A stretch of 36,966 nucleotides of DNA. It comes from an uncultured virus (IMG/VR IMGVR_UViG_3300027573_000022). Its lineage: Duplodnaviria > Heunggongvirae > Uroviricota > Caudoviricetes. A model generated the notes under the pieces. It saw only the letters and a list, made by a program, of their open reading frames with translations. It was not told where the DNA came from and did not search any database. The stretch lies in IMG/VR virus record IMGVR_UViG_3300027573_000022; one strand, written 5' to 3'. Shown piece after piece: positions 1-8,768 of this stretch (the stretch's first letter is position 1; each line of letters opens with the position of its first letter). The translations under genes and the position numbers were made by a program.

Positions 1-282
1 GAAGCTGAGCAACGCGCCCTCTTTGAGGCGAACAGGGCGCGCCTTGCGGCGCTGTCCGCGCGGGGCTTTACGTTCAACATGCAGAGTGAGCTGATGGAAG
101 AACTCGTATGTGCATTGTTTGGTGCAGTTGGAACTGCACCACGCGTCGTGTGGCAGCTGCAGTGGGAGCGAAAGGTAGCCGCTCGTCTGGACACCGCCGA
201 GCAGACGGCCGCGCAGATCGAGGCGCAGCGTATGCAGCAGGCGATGCAGCAGAGGTTGCAGCTGCCCGGGCAGGGGAGGTGA
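1..282 (+). CDS. hypothetical protein, 5'-truncated by the window edge
   Basis: Frame 1 is open from base 1 (EAEQRALFEANR...) through the 79..282 ORF; helical, Q/A-rich. Confidence 0.6.
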   Translation, partial: EAEQRALFEANRARLAALSARGFTFNMQSELMEELVCALFGAVGTAPRVVWQLQWERKVAARLDTAEQTAAQIEAQRMQQAMQQRLQLPGQGR

Positions 283-347
283 GGGTGTGAAGAGACTGTG
301 GAGAAGGCTGTTCCCAAGCTGGTGGGTGAGGTGGCTGGACGAGGTGT

Positions 348-653
348 ATGGACCTCAGTGACTGCATCGGAAGGCTGGGGTACGGGGCGACGAGGTGGGA
401 GCGTGAAGACCTGTGCACACGTGAGGTGTGTCCCTTCTTCACGGAGTGCAGCGATCGCCTGTACGACTTCCTCGTGCAGCATCCCAAGGTGAAGACACTC
501 GAGGTGAGTGCGAAGTTGGGAGGTGTGTGCTGTGACTTCCACGCGCACATGCACGCGATGGAGCAGATGAGTGCACGCGTCATCGCCGCCAACGCCCTGG
601 CCGGGGTGCGGGACCGGAGGCGCGTCGCAGAAACACACCCCTCCGATGGGTGA
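348..653 (+). CDS. Cys-rich hypothetical protein
   Basis: ATG preceded by GAGGTG; several Cys/His residues. Confidence 0.55.
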   Translation: MDLSDCIGRLGYGATRWEREDLCTREVCPFFTECSDRLYDFLVQHPKVKTLEVSAKLGGVCCDFHAHMHAMEQMSARVIAANALAGVRDRRRVAETHPSDG

Positions 654-725
654 GGCTTCCGGGGGGTTGCGCTGCCCTCCCATTTTCCGGGAGCTGCTTC
701 GGCATCACTTTATAACACGCACATC

Positions 726-1292
726 ATGAAGCACCGTCGCGTTCCCGGTCCCAACGATCCCGCTCCCCTCGTTCCCCCGTCACACCCCGCACTCACCCGC
801 ACCGCCCGCCGCATCTTCACATCCGAGCTTCCCGACCCCGTCACGGGCACCCCCGACTACATGATCAGCCGCATGCGCGCACTCCTCGCCCTTCTCAACT
901 CCCCCACACCCAGGCTCCGCGACCCCCGCTTTCCCGCGGGTGCCTACGCGCTGGCCGCCCCGCAGTGCGGCTGGGACTGGGCAGTCATCGTTCTCGCCGA
1001 CGGGGATGTGTGGCTGGACCCAACCCTCACACACGTCTCATCCACACTCTCCGAACCCACCCCAGAGCAGTGTCTCTCCTACCCCGGCCGCACCTTCACG
1101 ACGCGCTCCCCCGCCTCCGTCTCCCTCACCGCCTACGACGAGGCCCACAACCTTCTCGAGTTTGACCTCGGCGGTCTGCACGCCCGCATCGCACTCCACG
1201 AGCTCGCCCACCTTCAAGGCCTCACCCTCGCCAACCCCGGCAACCCCCGCCTCTGGCCTCCGCCCCTCCCTTCTCCCTCCTCCCCCCTATGA
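726..1292 (+). CDS. def: peptide deformylase
   Basis: Three PDF motifs in order: AYALAAPQCG (GxGxAAxQ-like), EQCLS (EGCLS-like), HELAHL (HExxH). Confidence 0.85.
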   Translation: MKHRRVPGPNDPAPLVPPSHPALTRTARRIFTSELPDPVTGTPDYMISRMRALLALLNSPTPRLRDPRFPAGAYALAAPQCGWDWAVIVLADGDVWLDPTLTHVSSTLSEPTPEQCLSYPGRTFTTRSPASVSLTAYDEAHNLLEFDLGGLHARIALHELAHLQGLTLANPGNPRLWPPPLPSPSSPL

Positions 1293-1585
1293 CGAACAGT
1301 GACAAGCGCTTCCCCGGTCAGTCCCCTCCCCCTCCCTCCCCCGCCGAACAGTGCGCAGACTTCAACACCGAACCTCCACCCCTCGTCACGCCCTATCCCA
1401 TCCCATCACACCTCGCCCTTCCCCCGACCCGCCTCACCCAACCCTGTCTCGTCACGTACCCGTGCGGGCTGCAGCTCTTCTTTCCCAACACCCCCACTCG
1501 CACGGAGATAACCCAGTCCCCCGAGCACACACTTCACCACCACCCGCCCTCCCCTGCCCCTGCCCCTGCCCCTGCTCCAGACTAA
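1289..1585 (+). CDS. Pro-rich hypothetical protein
   Basis: ATGA overlap with the def stop; ends in PAPAPAPAP. Confidence 0.5.
   Translation: MTNSDKRFPGQSPPPPSPAEQCADFNTEPPPLVTPYPIPSHLALPPTRLTQPCLVTYPCGLQLFFPNTPTRTEITQSPEHTLHHHPPSPAPAPAPAPD
1552..1575 (+). repeat. (CCCTGC)n hexamer tandem repeat encoding Pro-Ala
   Basis: About four copies of CCCTGC visible in the sequence. Confidence 0.7.
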
Positions 1586-1603
1586 GATGACCCCATCACC
1601 CAC

Positions 1604-2065
1604 ATGCACCCCGCCCACGCCGCACGGATCGTGCACGCCCGAACCCGGGGGTGGCATCTTCGCAGTGATCTCACCGAGGAGGACCTCACCCAGATCCTGC
1701 TGCTGCACTCCGTGAAGGCCCACCTTCGCTACCCACCCCCCACCTTCTCCGATTCATTCCGGGAGCGCCGCGCGTGGTGGGACACCCTTCACGAGTACCG
1801 CACCCTCACCCACTACCGCTCCGCCCACTTCACATTCCCTCTCCCTCTCCCCGACGACGACCCTCCGATCCCGGACGACGTCGAGGACGTCGTCGCCAAC
1901 GCGGACCTCGTTCGCCGTCTTCTCCGCCGTGCCTCACCGCGGGAGCGTCGCCTGCTCGCCCTCCTCGCGGACGGTCACACCCAGCGGCACGCCGCCCACA
2001 CCCTCGGCGTCAGCGAGGCCCGGGTCTCCCAGATCCTGACCCGCCTTCGCACCCACGCGGCCTAG
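1604..2065 (+). CDS. sigma70 region-4/LuxR-like HTH DNA-binding protein
   Basis: C-terminal SPRERRLLALLADGHTQRHAAHTLGVSEARVSQILTRLR fits the sigma r4 HTH pattern; no clear region 2. Confidence 0.75.
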   Translation: MHPAHAARIVHARTRGWHLRSDLTEEDLTQILLLHSVKAHLRYPPPTFSDSFRERRAWWDTLHEYRTLTHYRSAHFTFPLPLPDDDPPIPDDVEDVVANADLVRRLLRRASPRERRLLALLADGHTQRHAAHTLGVSEARVSQILTRLRTHAA

Positions 2066-2105
2066 CGTGCACGCTTCACTCCGATCCGTGCGTCGGAGCC
2101 ATCGG

Positions 2106-2198
2106 TCAGACCCACCACCCCACCAGTCTGTACAGCCCCACCATCCCGAAGATAAGAACGGTGCAACCAACGAGGTACCAGAACGGGGCACCACTCAT
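2106..2198 (-). CDS. 30-aa membrane peptide (not in ORF track)
   Basis: MSGAPFWYLVGCTVLIFGMVGLYRLVGWWV; ATGA-coupled to the stop of the upstream gene. Confidence 0.5.
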   Translation of the reverse strand: MSGAPFWYLVGCTVLIFGMVGLYRLVGWWV

Positions 2199-2611
2199 AC
2201 ACTCTTCTCCCTACTCGTTCCGGCCACGGCACTTGCCGCATCCCACAGCTTGCCCATGCACGCCTCACCCCCGCACCAGTCATGCACGACCTGCCGTGCA
2301 ACGGCGGGTTGTGCCGTGTCCACCGGAACGTACAGCGTCAGGAAGCGCTGCGCGCTGCGGTCACACCCGGGTGCCGCACACCAGGTGGGTGTCTCACGCC
2401 GGGAGGCGAGTTCCCCGACGATGCGGGACGCCGCCCACGCGAGGAGGTGTCCCTCGTCCGCGAAGTGAAGGGCGTCGTGTCCCATCGCGGTGGGCTTGCG
2501 GCCCGCGGCCGTTGGCATCAACACCAGCCACCGCTTCGAGAGGTTCACATGCTCCTCGAGCATGCACCCGCAGTCGCAGATGAACTTGTTCTCGTGCAGC
2601 TTCACACTCAT
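2195..2611 (-). CDS. putative Zn-binding hypothetical protein
   Basis: CDCGC, CAAPGC and HDWCGGEAC motifs; ATG 2611 overlaps the upstream TGA. Confidence 0.65.
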   Translation of the reverse strand: MSVKLHENKFICDCGCMLEEHVNLSKRWLVLMPTAAGRKPTAMGHDALHFADEGHLLAWAASRIVGELASRRETPTWCAAPGCDRSAQRFLTLYVPVDTAQPAVARQVVHDWCGGEACMGKLWDAASAVAGTSREKSV

Positions 2612-3345
2612 ACGCCCCACGCTCCCCGATGCAGCACCTCACACAGTGCTTCAATGCTCATGCTCCTCATCTCACTCATCTTCTCCGACTCCCTCGCCGA
2701 GCTCGCAAGCACCCGACCCAACTCTTCGTCCACACCCACCAGCCGTTCCCACAGGTCTTCCCAGGGTACGCGTCCCTCGCGTACACTGCGAAGTTCTTGC
2801 ACGTACCCCGCCCTCGTCATCTCCCCCGTCTTCACGAGCTCGAGGCACTGCAGCCCGAGCCTTAGCGCGTGCATTCCGTACTTCACGTCATACCCGCACT
2901 CTCCCACTACCCGGGTTCCGGCCGAGTGACCACCCCTAACCCCGAGCATCCGCTCCACCTGCGCCTTCATGTAGCCGCGGTGCGGCCCGATGATGTGTGG
3001 CCCGATGAAACTCTTCCGCGCATCCATCAGGATGAAGGCAAGCTCCGTCGCCTCACCGTGTAGCGGCGCCCACAGCGTCTCCAGCACACTGGGGTTGCCC
3101 TTCCTCGCCAGCGCGATGAACCGCCGCAGCGGGTAGCGGTGCAGGTCGCCCTCCTCCACACCCACACCCGGGCGAGGAACGACGGTCCGCAGCTTCACAT
3201 GCTCGGGCCGCGGTGCCTCCACCAGCGTGCACACCTGTCGTAGGCTCTCCACCCAGATCTCGATGAGGTCCAGGTCCGACCCAGGCACAGCGGTCCCGTA
3301 CGCGCGGCTCCCACCTACCCACGTTCCGATCCACACACCGTTCAC
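2608..3345 (-). CDS. DNA polymerase beta-superfamily nucleotidyltransferase (RlaP/YcgL-like)
   Basis: GSRAYG...SDLD catalytic motif, KGNPSVLE, YDVKYGMHALRL; GTG 3345 coupled to upstream stop. Confidence 0.85.
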   Translation of the reverse strand: MNGVWIGTWVGGSRAYGTAVPGSDLDLIEIWVESLRQVCTLVEAPRPEHVKLRTVVPRPGVGVEEGDLHRYPLRRFIALARKGNPSVLETLWAPLHGEATELAFILMDARKSFIGPHIIGPHRGYMKAQVERMLGVRGGHSAGTRVVGECGYDVKYGMHALRLGLQCLELVKTGEMTRAGYVQELRSVREGRVPWEDLWERLVGVDEELGRVLASSARESEKMSEMRSMSIEALCEVLHRGAWGV

Positions 3346-3899
3346 GCGACTCCGATTAGCAGCAACACGATGACGAGCACGACGACCGCAACCCACCACC
3401 ACCATCCCCACCACTTATCCTCATCCACCTTCACGGCGTCCGGCACCATCACACCCATCTGCTCCTCCATCCTCATCAGCTCAGCCTTCGCCTCGTGACG
3501 TAGTTGCTCAAGTTCATCCACGTGGGGTACCGCGCCCGCACGTACCGCCGCGCCCGAGGCGACGACCTTCACCAGTGCCGGGTACCTGCGGCGGATGAGG
3601 TCACCCAAGTCCGCCCTGCTCATGATGCGATTGTGCCCCACCTCCACGCGGTACTCGGTTCCCACGATGTCACCCGGGTAGAACTCCACCTTCACCCCAT
3701 TGAACTCGGGCCAGTCCGCGTATGCGACGGCGATGCGGTCGATGCTCTTGTACACGGGTGTATCCGCGCGCGTCCTCCACGCACTCTCCTCCACGATGAT
3801 GCCCACGTGACGCGCGGCTTTCGTTGCCCGGCGGGCGATGTCCGCGTCCCGCTCCCGTGCCGCGGTGACCAGGTCCTCCGGTTCCTCGAGCTCAGGCAT
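3342..3899 (-). CDS. hypothetical protein with C-terminal membrane anchor
   Basis: Start MPELEEP after GGAGG; Trp-rich hydrophobic C-terminus. Confidence 0.7.
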   Translation of the reverse strand: MPELEEPEDLVTAARERDADIARRATKAARHVGIIVEESAWRTRADTPVYKSIDRIAVAYADWPEFNGVKVEFYPGDIVGTEYRVEVGHNRIMSRADLGDLIRRRYPALVKVVASGAAVRAGAVPHVDELEQLRHEAKAELMRMEEQMGVMVPDAVKVDEDKWWGWWWWVAVVVLVIVLLLIGVA

Positions 3900-4119
3900 C
3901 ACCGAGCACCGCCTCCAACAGGACGGCCCCGCACGCGGCGTCACCCTCATTCTTGAACACCTTCATCTTCCTCCTCACGATGTCTTCCGTTCCCTTCGCG
4001 TAGAGGGTGTGAGTCTGCGTGTCCACGGACACCCGGCCCATCTTCAGCACGGGGTACAGCCCATGCTTGCTACCCTCCATCCTCACCCACCCACTCTTCT
4101 CGAGCTCGTCATACGTCAC
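3892..4119 (-). CDS. hypothetical protein
   Basis: Overlap-coupled in the minus-strand gene train; SD GAGG. Confidence 0.6.
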   Translation of the reverse strand: MTYDELEKSGWVRMEGSKHGLYPVLKMGRVSVDTQTHTLYAKGTEDIVRRKMKVFKNEGDAACGAVLLEAVLGDA

Positions 4120-4291
4120 GTGTCATCCTCCGCAGTGCGGTCGCCACCAGGGTCAGGCCGGTGAACTGCACGACCTCCCACCCACTCCCGTACCGAAGCG
4201 CCGCCGCCAAGCACACCGCGCATACGCCTAACAAGACGCCCACCGCGACCCGCAGCACCCGTCCCTGCCTCACCCACTCATCCGGCTTCAC
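4109..4291 (-). CDS. small membrane protein
   Basis: GTG 4291 coupled to upstream stop; two hydrophobic segments. Confidence 0.55.
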   Translation of the reverse strand: MKPDEWVRQGRVLRVAVGVLLGVCAVCLAAALRYGSGWEVVQFTGLTLVATALRRMTRDV

Positions 4292-4545
4292 GCGGGCCTC
4301 CGTTCGTGTCGCATCTGCGCCGAGTCCCGGCGGATGAGCGCGTCGTACTTCCACCTCAGCTGCACCTCGTCACCGAAGAGTGCACCTACGAACGCCTGGG
4401 CGATGATGAACCGGTCGCGCTTGTCGCTGAGGAGGTAGCGCTCGGGACAGCGGATGTCCATCTTGTCGGGATCGAGCGTGTGTGCGACGTCGTCGGACGG
4501 TGTGTCGAGCCGCATGTGCGCGTTGGTGCAGTCCGGGAGGTTCAT
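4288..4545 (-). CDS. hypothetical protein
   Basis: Plausible start MNLPDC after GGAG; start uncertain. Confidence 0.5.
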   Translation of the reverse strand: MNLPDCTNAHMRLDTPSDDVAHTLDPDKMDIRCPERYLLSDKRDRFIIAQAFVGALFGDEVQLRWKYDALIRRDSAQMRHERRPA

Positions 4546-4630
4546 CTCCCACTTCGACCTCATCCTCGAACCACATCGGCCCGTACACCCTGCACGGCAC
4601 CTTCGTTCTCGGCACACACGACCCAGATCA

Positions 4631-5275
4631 TCAGTGCGCCTCCATCTTGAAGCGGTCACTTACCCGCACGGTCCGCTTGCACGTGCCGCACCGCGCGGTC
4701 ATCGCTTCACGGTCTATGTCATGCTGCGCGACGCGTCCCGACCCGCTGCATTCCGGGCCGGTGTCCCTCCGCCACCGGGCCAGCCGGCGCCAGTCATCCA
4801 CCATCTCATCGAACTCGGTGGGTCCGTGCAGGTCGGGCATGCGGGGATCGCCCAGCATCCAGTCCACCGTCTTGCTCAGCGGGTGCCACACCTCCACCTC
4901 CGCGTCCCACGTCGCGGGTTCGACGTAGCGGTGGTCTCCGCCCGGCCTACGCACACAGTGTGCGGGACCCGGGGGATCCCAGTTCTCGAGCTCCCGCCGC
5001 GTGCGGGGGAAGGACCAGCGCAGGTACCCACGTGCACCGTCACCGTTCACCCACACCTCGGCGGCAAGCTGGCTCTCGAACGGAACCCAGAAGTTGAAGC
5101 CGCAGTCGTGTATGCCGTGTTCCGTCTCGCCGTAGGGGCCGTCACGATCGATGTTCTGCCAGGACGGTAGGAGGCAGGTTGACAGAGACCGTCCTCCTAC
5201 CGTCACCGGCGACCTTGGCCCGGCCCACCCGATGCCCCACCGGACGTACTCATCCCCGGGCTGCCACGTCGTCAT
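4631..5275 (-). CDS. hypothetical protein with C-terminal CxxC
   Basis: 214-aa ORF, ATGA coupling, Trp-rich. Confidence 0.65.
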   Translation of the reverse strand: MTTWQPGDEYVRWGIGWAGPRSPVTVGGRSLSTCLLPSWQNIDRDGPYGETEHGIHDCGFNFWVPFESQLAAEVWVNGDGARGYLRWSFPRTRRELENWDPPGPAHCVRRPGGDHRYVEPATWDAEVEVWHPLSKTVDWMLGDPRMPDLHGPTEFDEMVDDWRRLARWRRDTGPECSGSGRVAQHDIDREAMTARCGTCKRTVRVSDRFKMEAH

Positions 5276-5430
5276 CCGAGCTCCTCCGCCTGCATCACCC
5301 GCACAAGGCCCACCGCGAAGAGTGCACCCAGCCCAGCCCTGAGGATGTCGTTCGTCTCGTCCGCGAGCAGCATGTTAACGAAGGACAGCGTCGCCACCAC
5401 CATGAGAAGCGCCTCCACCCACTGCCTCAT
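5272..5430 (-). CDS. small two-TM membrane protein
   Basis: MRQWVEALLMVVATLSF...; coupled start and stop. Confidence 0.6.
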   Translation of the reverse strand: MRQWVEALLMVVATLSFVNMLLADETNDILRAGLGALFAVGLVRVMQAEELG

Positions 5431-5804
5431 CACGCCCTCGGCATCCGGGTGCGGGCGATGCCCGCAGCCTTGAGAACGGCGGCCGGCACGCCGATCTCCC
5501 GCCACGCCGCGTACCCAATGCCAACAGCCTCACTCCACTCGGCCGCGTGCATGACGAACGCCATCTCCAGCTCCTTCTCGGAGGGTGTGTTCGCCAGGCT
5601 GAGGAGGTCTTGGTGCAGTGTGATCTGCTCCTGCACCAGCGTCACGTAGGTGACGGGATCCGCCGGCCCACTCGCGAGCCGCTTCTCCACCTTCCTCAGG
5701 CGTGCCTCCACATCCTCGAGGGCGAGTGCACGGTTGCTCCCGCCGCTCCGCCCCCGAAGAAGGGTGATGTATGCACGTACCGCTGCGTCTTCGTCTGCGT
5801 TCAT
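5430..5804 (-). CDS. conserved hypothetical helical protein
   Basis: C-terminal GIGYAAWREIGVPAAVLKAAGI resembles a family I recall from Acidimicrobiia (unverified). Confidence 0.7.
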   Translation of the reverse strand: MNADEDAAVRAYITLLRGRSGGSNRALALEDVEARLRKVEKRLASGPADPVTYVTLVQEQITLHQDLLSLANTPSEKELEMAFVMHAAEWSEAVGIGYAAWREIGVPAAVLKAAGIARTRMPRA

Positions 5805-5810
5805 TGCGTC

Positions 5811-6968
5811 CTACCTCTCCAGTGAGTAGATGATGTCCTTCTCGATGAGCGGCTTGTCCTCGGGCCCCTTGATGTACGGGGCGATCCACACCCGCCGCCG
5901 CTCGGACCGCCGCGGCCCGCACGCCCTCCACGCCCAGTGATCCCGCACCCACCAGCGGTGTGTCCACTCGCGGGTGGGCCCAACGGAGAGTCCCTCCTCG
6001 TCGTCCGCGAGCTCGAGGATGGGGTTGTACTGCCGGCGGAGGCGGACGATCTTAAGGTCACCGAACTCCGGGAACTTCTGCTTTATCCGCAGGCGGCGCC
6101 GTTCCTCGGGACGCTTGAGGTGCACGGGCCGCACCACGGCGACCTCCTGCCCCATGAGGCTCCACAGTGCGAGGAGGAAGCGCCGCTGCCAGTCCACCGC
6201 CGCGTGAACCCGACCACCGGTCAGCTCGGGTGTGATGAGGTCGGTGATGATGTACCCGTGACCGAACGTCCACGCCGAGAACTCGAATGGGCAGAACCGT
6301 ACGTCCCTCCACGCGTCGTGGTTAAGCTCGTTCTCGTTGAAGCCGGCCAGCTCACCGCGCTTACGGGCCTCCTCGAAGATCTTGTGATACGCCTCGTAGA
6401 TGTCGGGACCCGAGCACCACAGTGTGTAGTGCACACCCGGTGCGTAGGTGATGGTCCCGTCCTCACGGTGCCAGGCGATGCGATCCTCGTACTTCCACGA
6501 CACCGCGCGGATGGCGACGGAGGCCGCGTTGTCGATGTCACTGAGCCACTGGGTCCGGGCGCCCGCCGGTCCGTAGTCCGGGAACCGCACCGAGCTGCTG
6601 AGGTACGCGAGACCCGTCCGGGAGGGCAGGTCCTGCGGGAGTAGGGCCCCACCCACGGGTAGGGAGTCGGCGGCCATCTTGCTCACGCGGCCCATCTCCC
6701 CCGTGACGAAGTAGGTGGGGCACGACCCGACGTTCACGATCTCATCACGCAGCCGGTATGCGGCCAGGGCGTCGACGTCCTGCCCAAGTTCGGCCGGGCG
6801 CTGACTGATGTTGATGACGCCCCGGTAGAGGCGATGTGCCTCCTCGGTGCGCATCCACTCGAGCAGGTCGAGGTGATAGTCGAGGGCGCGGACCGCACGC
6901 TCTCCCGTTTCCGCTTCCGCATCAGCGGGCTCTAACCCGGACCTGAGCTTCCGGTCACGCTTACCCAC
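5811..6968 (-). CDS. phage protein with C-terminal H-x-VR-x-HW...WI-x-P-x-x-KGP motif
   Basis: HRWWVRDHWAWRACGP...WIAPYIKGPEDKP, a motif common in phage proteins; GTG 6968 after GGAGG. Confidence 0.75.
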   Translation of the reverse strand: MGKRDRKLRSGLEPADAEAETGERAVRALDYHLDLLEWMRTEEAHRLYRGVINISQRPAELGQDVDALAAYRLRDEIVNVGSCPTYFVTGEMGRVSKMAADSLPVGGALLPQDLPSRTGLAYLSSSVRFPDYGPAGARTQWLSDIDNAASVAIRAVSWKYEDRIAWHREDGTITYAPGVHYTLWCSGPDIYEAYHKIFEEARKRGELAGFNENELNHDAWRDVRFCPFEFSAWTFGHGYIITDLITPELTGGRVHAAVDWQRRFLLALWSLMGQEVAVVRPVHLKRPEERRRLRIKQKFPEFGDLKIVRLRRQYNPILELADDEEGLSVGPTREWTHRWWVRDHWAWRACGPRRSERRRVWIAPYIKGPEDKPLIEKDIIYSLER

Positions 6969-7031
6969 CGTGCACCTCCTCGTCGTCATTCACGTAGTGC
7001 GCGTGGTGACCGATGACCTGCCAGAAAGCCT

Positions 7032-7379
7032 TCATGTCGTCACCTCCTCGAGGAGTGCGTGTGCACGGATGTTGGGTGGGAAGTAGATGTGCCAGGGTGC
7101 CGGCCACGTCGGGTCGACGGTGACCTCGCCGGCGGGGCCGCAGATCACGGACATGTTGTGGCCGATGTGATGCCCGAGCGAGACGCCCACCCAACCGCAG
7201 CGGCAGACGACGTGCGTCTTGTTGGCGTGCTTGATGCAGGCACCCGCCTCGGCGGTCCGGGTTTCGCAACCCGGGACCGGGCAGCCCCACCACTGGACGT
7301 GCCGGGTGACGCGGTTGGTCACCGCACCCTTGATGAACCGCTCGTTGATGGGACAGATGTCATCGTAGGTGTACATCAC
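7032..7379 (-). CDS. C2H2-like zinc-finger protein
   Basis: CPVPGC-x12-HANKTH followed by CRCG...HHIGH. Confidence 0.65.
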   Translation of the reverse strand: MMYTYDDICPINERFIKGAVTNRVTRHVQWWGCPVPGCETRTAEAGACIKHANKTHVVCRCGWVGVSLGHHIGHNMSVICGPAGEVTVDPTWPAPWHIYFPPNIRAHALLEEVTT

Positions 7380-7621
7380 GCGATCCCCTCGAACGGGTCG
7401 GCCGGCAGTGCCGCGGCGCGGACGCCGGCGGCCCGTAGGCGCATGATACGCAGGTTCAGGCGGGAGAGACGCTCATGCGCGGCGGCGATGTCGTGCCGTG
7501 CCTCACGGGCGATCCGCTTGCCCTCCTCGACCCGCAGCTGTAGACCGGGGAGCATCGCGTTCAGCTCCTCCATCTCGGCGCGGATCTCGGCGAGCTCGGC
7601 GGCGAGGATTGGGTCACTCAT
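7376..7621 (-). CDS. coiled-coil hypothetical protein
   Basis: MSDPILAAELAEIRAEMEELN...; GAGG upstream. Confidence 0.65.
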   Translation of the reverse strand: MSDPILAAELAEIRAEMEELNAMLPGLQLRVEEGKRIAREARHDIAAAHERLSRLNLRIMRLRAAGVRAAALPADPFEGIA

Positions 7622-7817
7622 CGGACACCTCGTTCCAGCGGTCGCCCTCATCGGGCAGGAGCCGCAGCGTCGAGCCTGAGTCCCACTGCACATCGAGGTG
7701 AGACTCGGGCCGGAGACCCACGCGGGTCACGGTGCCGAGCTCACCCGGTGTGAGGCGGGTGTACGGGTCATCCGTGTGGATGAGACGAATGCGGGTTCCG
7801 GCGACGGGAAGGTTCAT
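7614..7817 (-). CDS. DUF4314-like small protein
   Basis: GTRIRLIHTDDPY...PGELGTV...VQWDSGSTLRLLP..DRW pattern. Confidence 0.8.
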   Translation of the reverse strand: MNLPVAGTRIRLIHTDDPYTRLTPGELGTVTRVGLRPESHLDVQWDSGSTLRLLPDEGDRWNEVSDE

Positions 7818-7984
7818 GCCCTTCCCCTCTCTACCTGGGCGACGAGCTTGGCCTGCTCGGCGCGCTCTTCGATCCACATCTGCCGCTCGGCGCCGACGGT
7901 GTCGGCGACCATCCGGTCGATGTCCTCGAGGCGGCCGCGGGCGAGTGTCAGCTTCTCAGCTTGGGTCAGCTTGTAGAGGTTCAC
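7814..7984 (-). CDS. 56-aa hypothetical protein (not in ORF track)
   Basis: GTG 7984 to TGA 7814 fills the gap exactly, with 4-bp overlaps at both ends. Confidence 0.6.
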   Translation of the reverse strand: MNLYKLTQAEKLTLARGRLEDIDRMVADTVGAERQMWIEERAEQAKLVAQVERGRA

Positions 7985-8361
7985 TTGAACACCGCCACCG
8001 AGAGTTTGCGGTTGGGGATCGAGCCGAACGCCTCACCGTCTTCGTTCACGCCACCGACGACGTAGTAGTGGCCGAGTGAGGCGCCGGTCTGATCGTGCTT
8101 CAGCCAGATGTAGGTGCCGACCGGGTCGAAGTCCGGGAGAACCCGGGTGCCCTTGCCGTGCCGTTCCTTGTCGAGGACGATGAACGCGGGGCCGTGGTCG
8201 TCGTACCAGGGACCGGCGGGCTGGGCCGGGTTGAACCGGCCATACACGTCGGTGCAGGGGAGGACCGCCGCGCCGTCCGCGTAGTAGCGGAGATGCCGCG
8301 AGCGGAACTGCTCGTAGGGGGTCGGGGCCGGAGGCTTCAGGGCTGTGCTGGTCTCTGTCAT
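7981..8361 (-). CDS. hypothetical protein, first gene of leaderless cassette P1
   Basis: ATG lies 6 nt after TATAAT of the repeated promoter. Confidence 0.75.
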   Translation of the reverse strand: MTETSTALKPPAPTPYEQFRSRHLRYYADGAAVLPCTDVYGRFNPAQPAGPWYDDHGPAFIVLDKERHGKGTRVLPDFDPVGTYIWLKHDQTGASLGHYYVVGGVNEDGEAFGSIPNRKLSVAVFK

Positions 8362-8396
8362 AAGTACATTATATCAAGTTGGCGACGGATGTCAAC
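8362..8396 (-). promoter_or_regulatory. repeated sigma70-type promoter P1 (leaderless)
   Basis: G-TTGACA-TCCGTCGCCAACTTGA-TATAAT-GTACTT-ATG. Confidence 0.9.
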
Positions 8397-8604
8397 CGGT
8401 TTCGGGCACCGGAGGGAACATTTCCGTGATCTTTCCGGCCGCGTCCAACATGGCCCGACCGGACTCCATCCCGTCGTACGAGTAGGTCCTGGTCAGTGTC
8501 CAGGCGGACTCTGGACCGGCAGGACGAGGCGTCGTCCACATCCACACCCCGTCCTCCTCAAGCCGAATGACGATGACAGTCTTGACCGGGTCGAGTGCCA
8601 TCAC
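8392..8604 (-). CDS. hypothetical protein
   Basis: SD AAGGAG; its TGA stop lies within the TTGACA of P1. Confidence 0.6.
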   Translation of the reverse strand: MMALDPVKTVIVIRLEEDGVWMWTTPRPAGPESAWTLTRTYSYDGMESGRAMLDAAGKITEMFPPVPETG

Positions 8605-8768
8605 TTCTCCTTCGGTGCATTCAGCTTCTTGATGAGGTCGTGTGCGTGCTTGGCGCAGCAGTCGCGGATCTTCTCGTTGAACGTGTTGCGTACCTCACGC
8701 ACTGCCCTCCTCTTACAGCCCGGTTCGCTGCACTCGTAGGGCCCGAGGGGAACGGAGTATGCGGGCAT
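8601..8768 (-). CDS. small Cys/His protein
   Basis: CSEPGC...CCAKH; coupled start. Confidence 0.6.
   Translation of the reverse strand: MPAYSVPLGPYECSEPGCKRRAVREVRNTFNEKIRDCCAKHAHDLIKKLNAPKEK

Noticed and set aside
1604..2065. Complete sigma factor
   Set aside because: Only a region-4-like HTH is evident; region 2 is not recognisable.
4545..4631. Possible frameshifted small gene (MIWVVCAENEGAVQG / VYGPMWFEDE)
   Set aside because: Too short, with no recognisable homology to support a pseudogene or assembly-error call.
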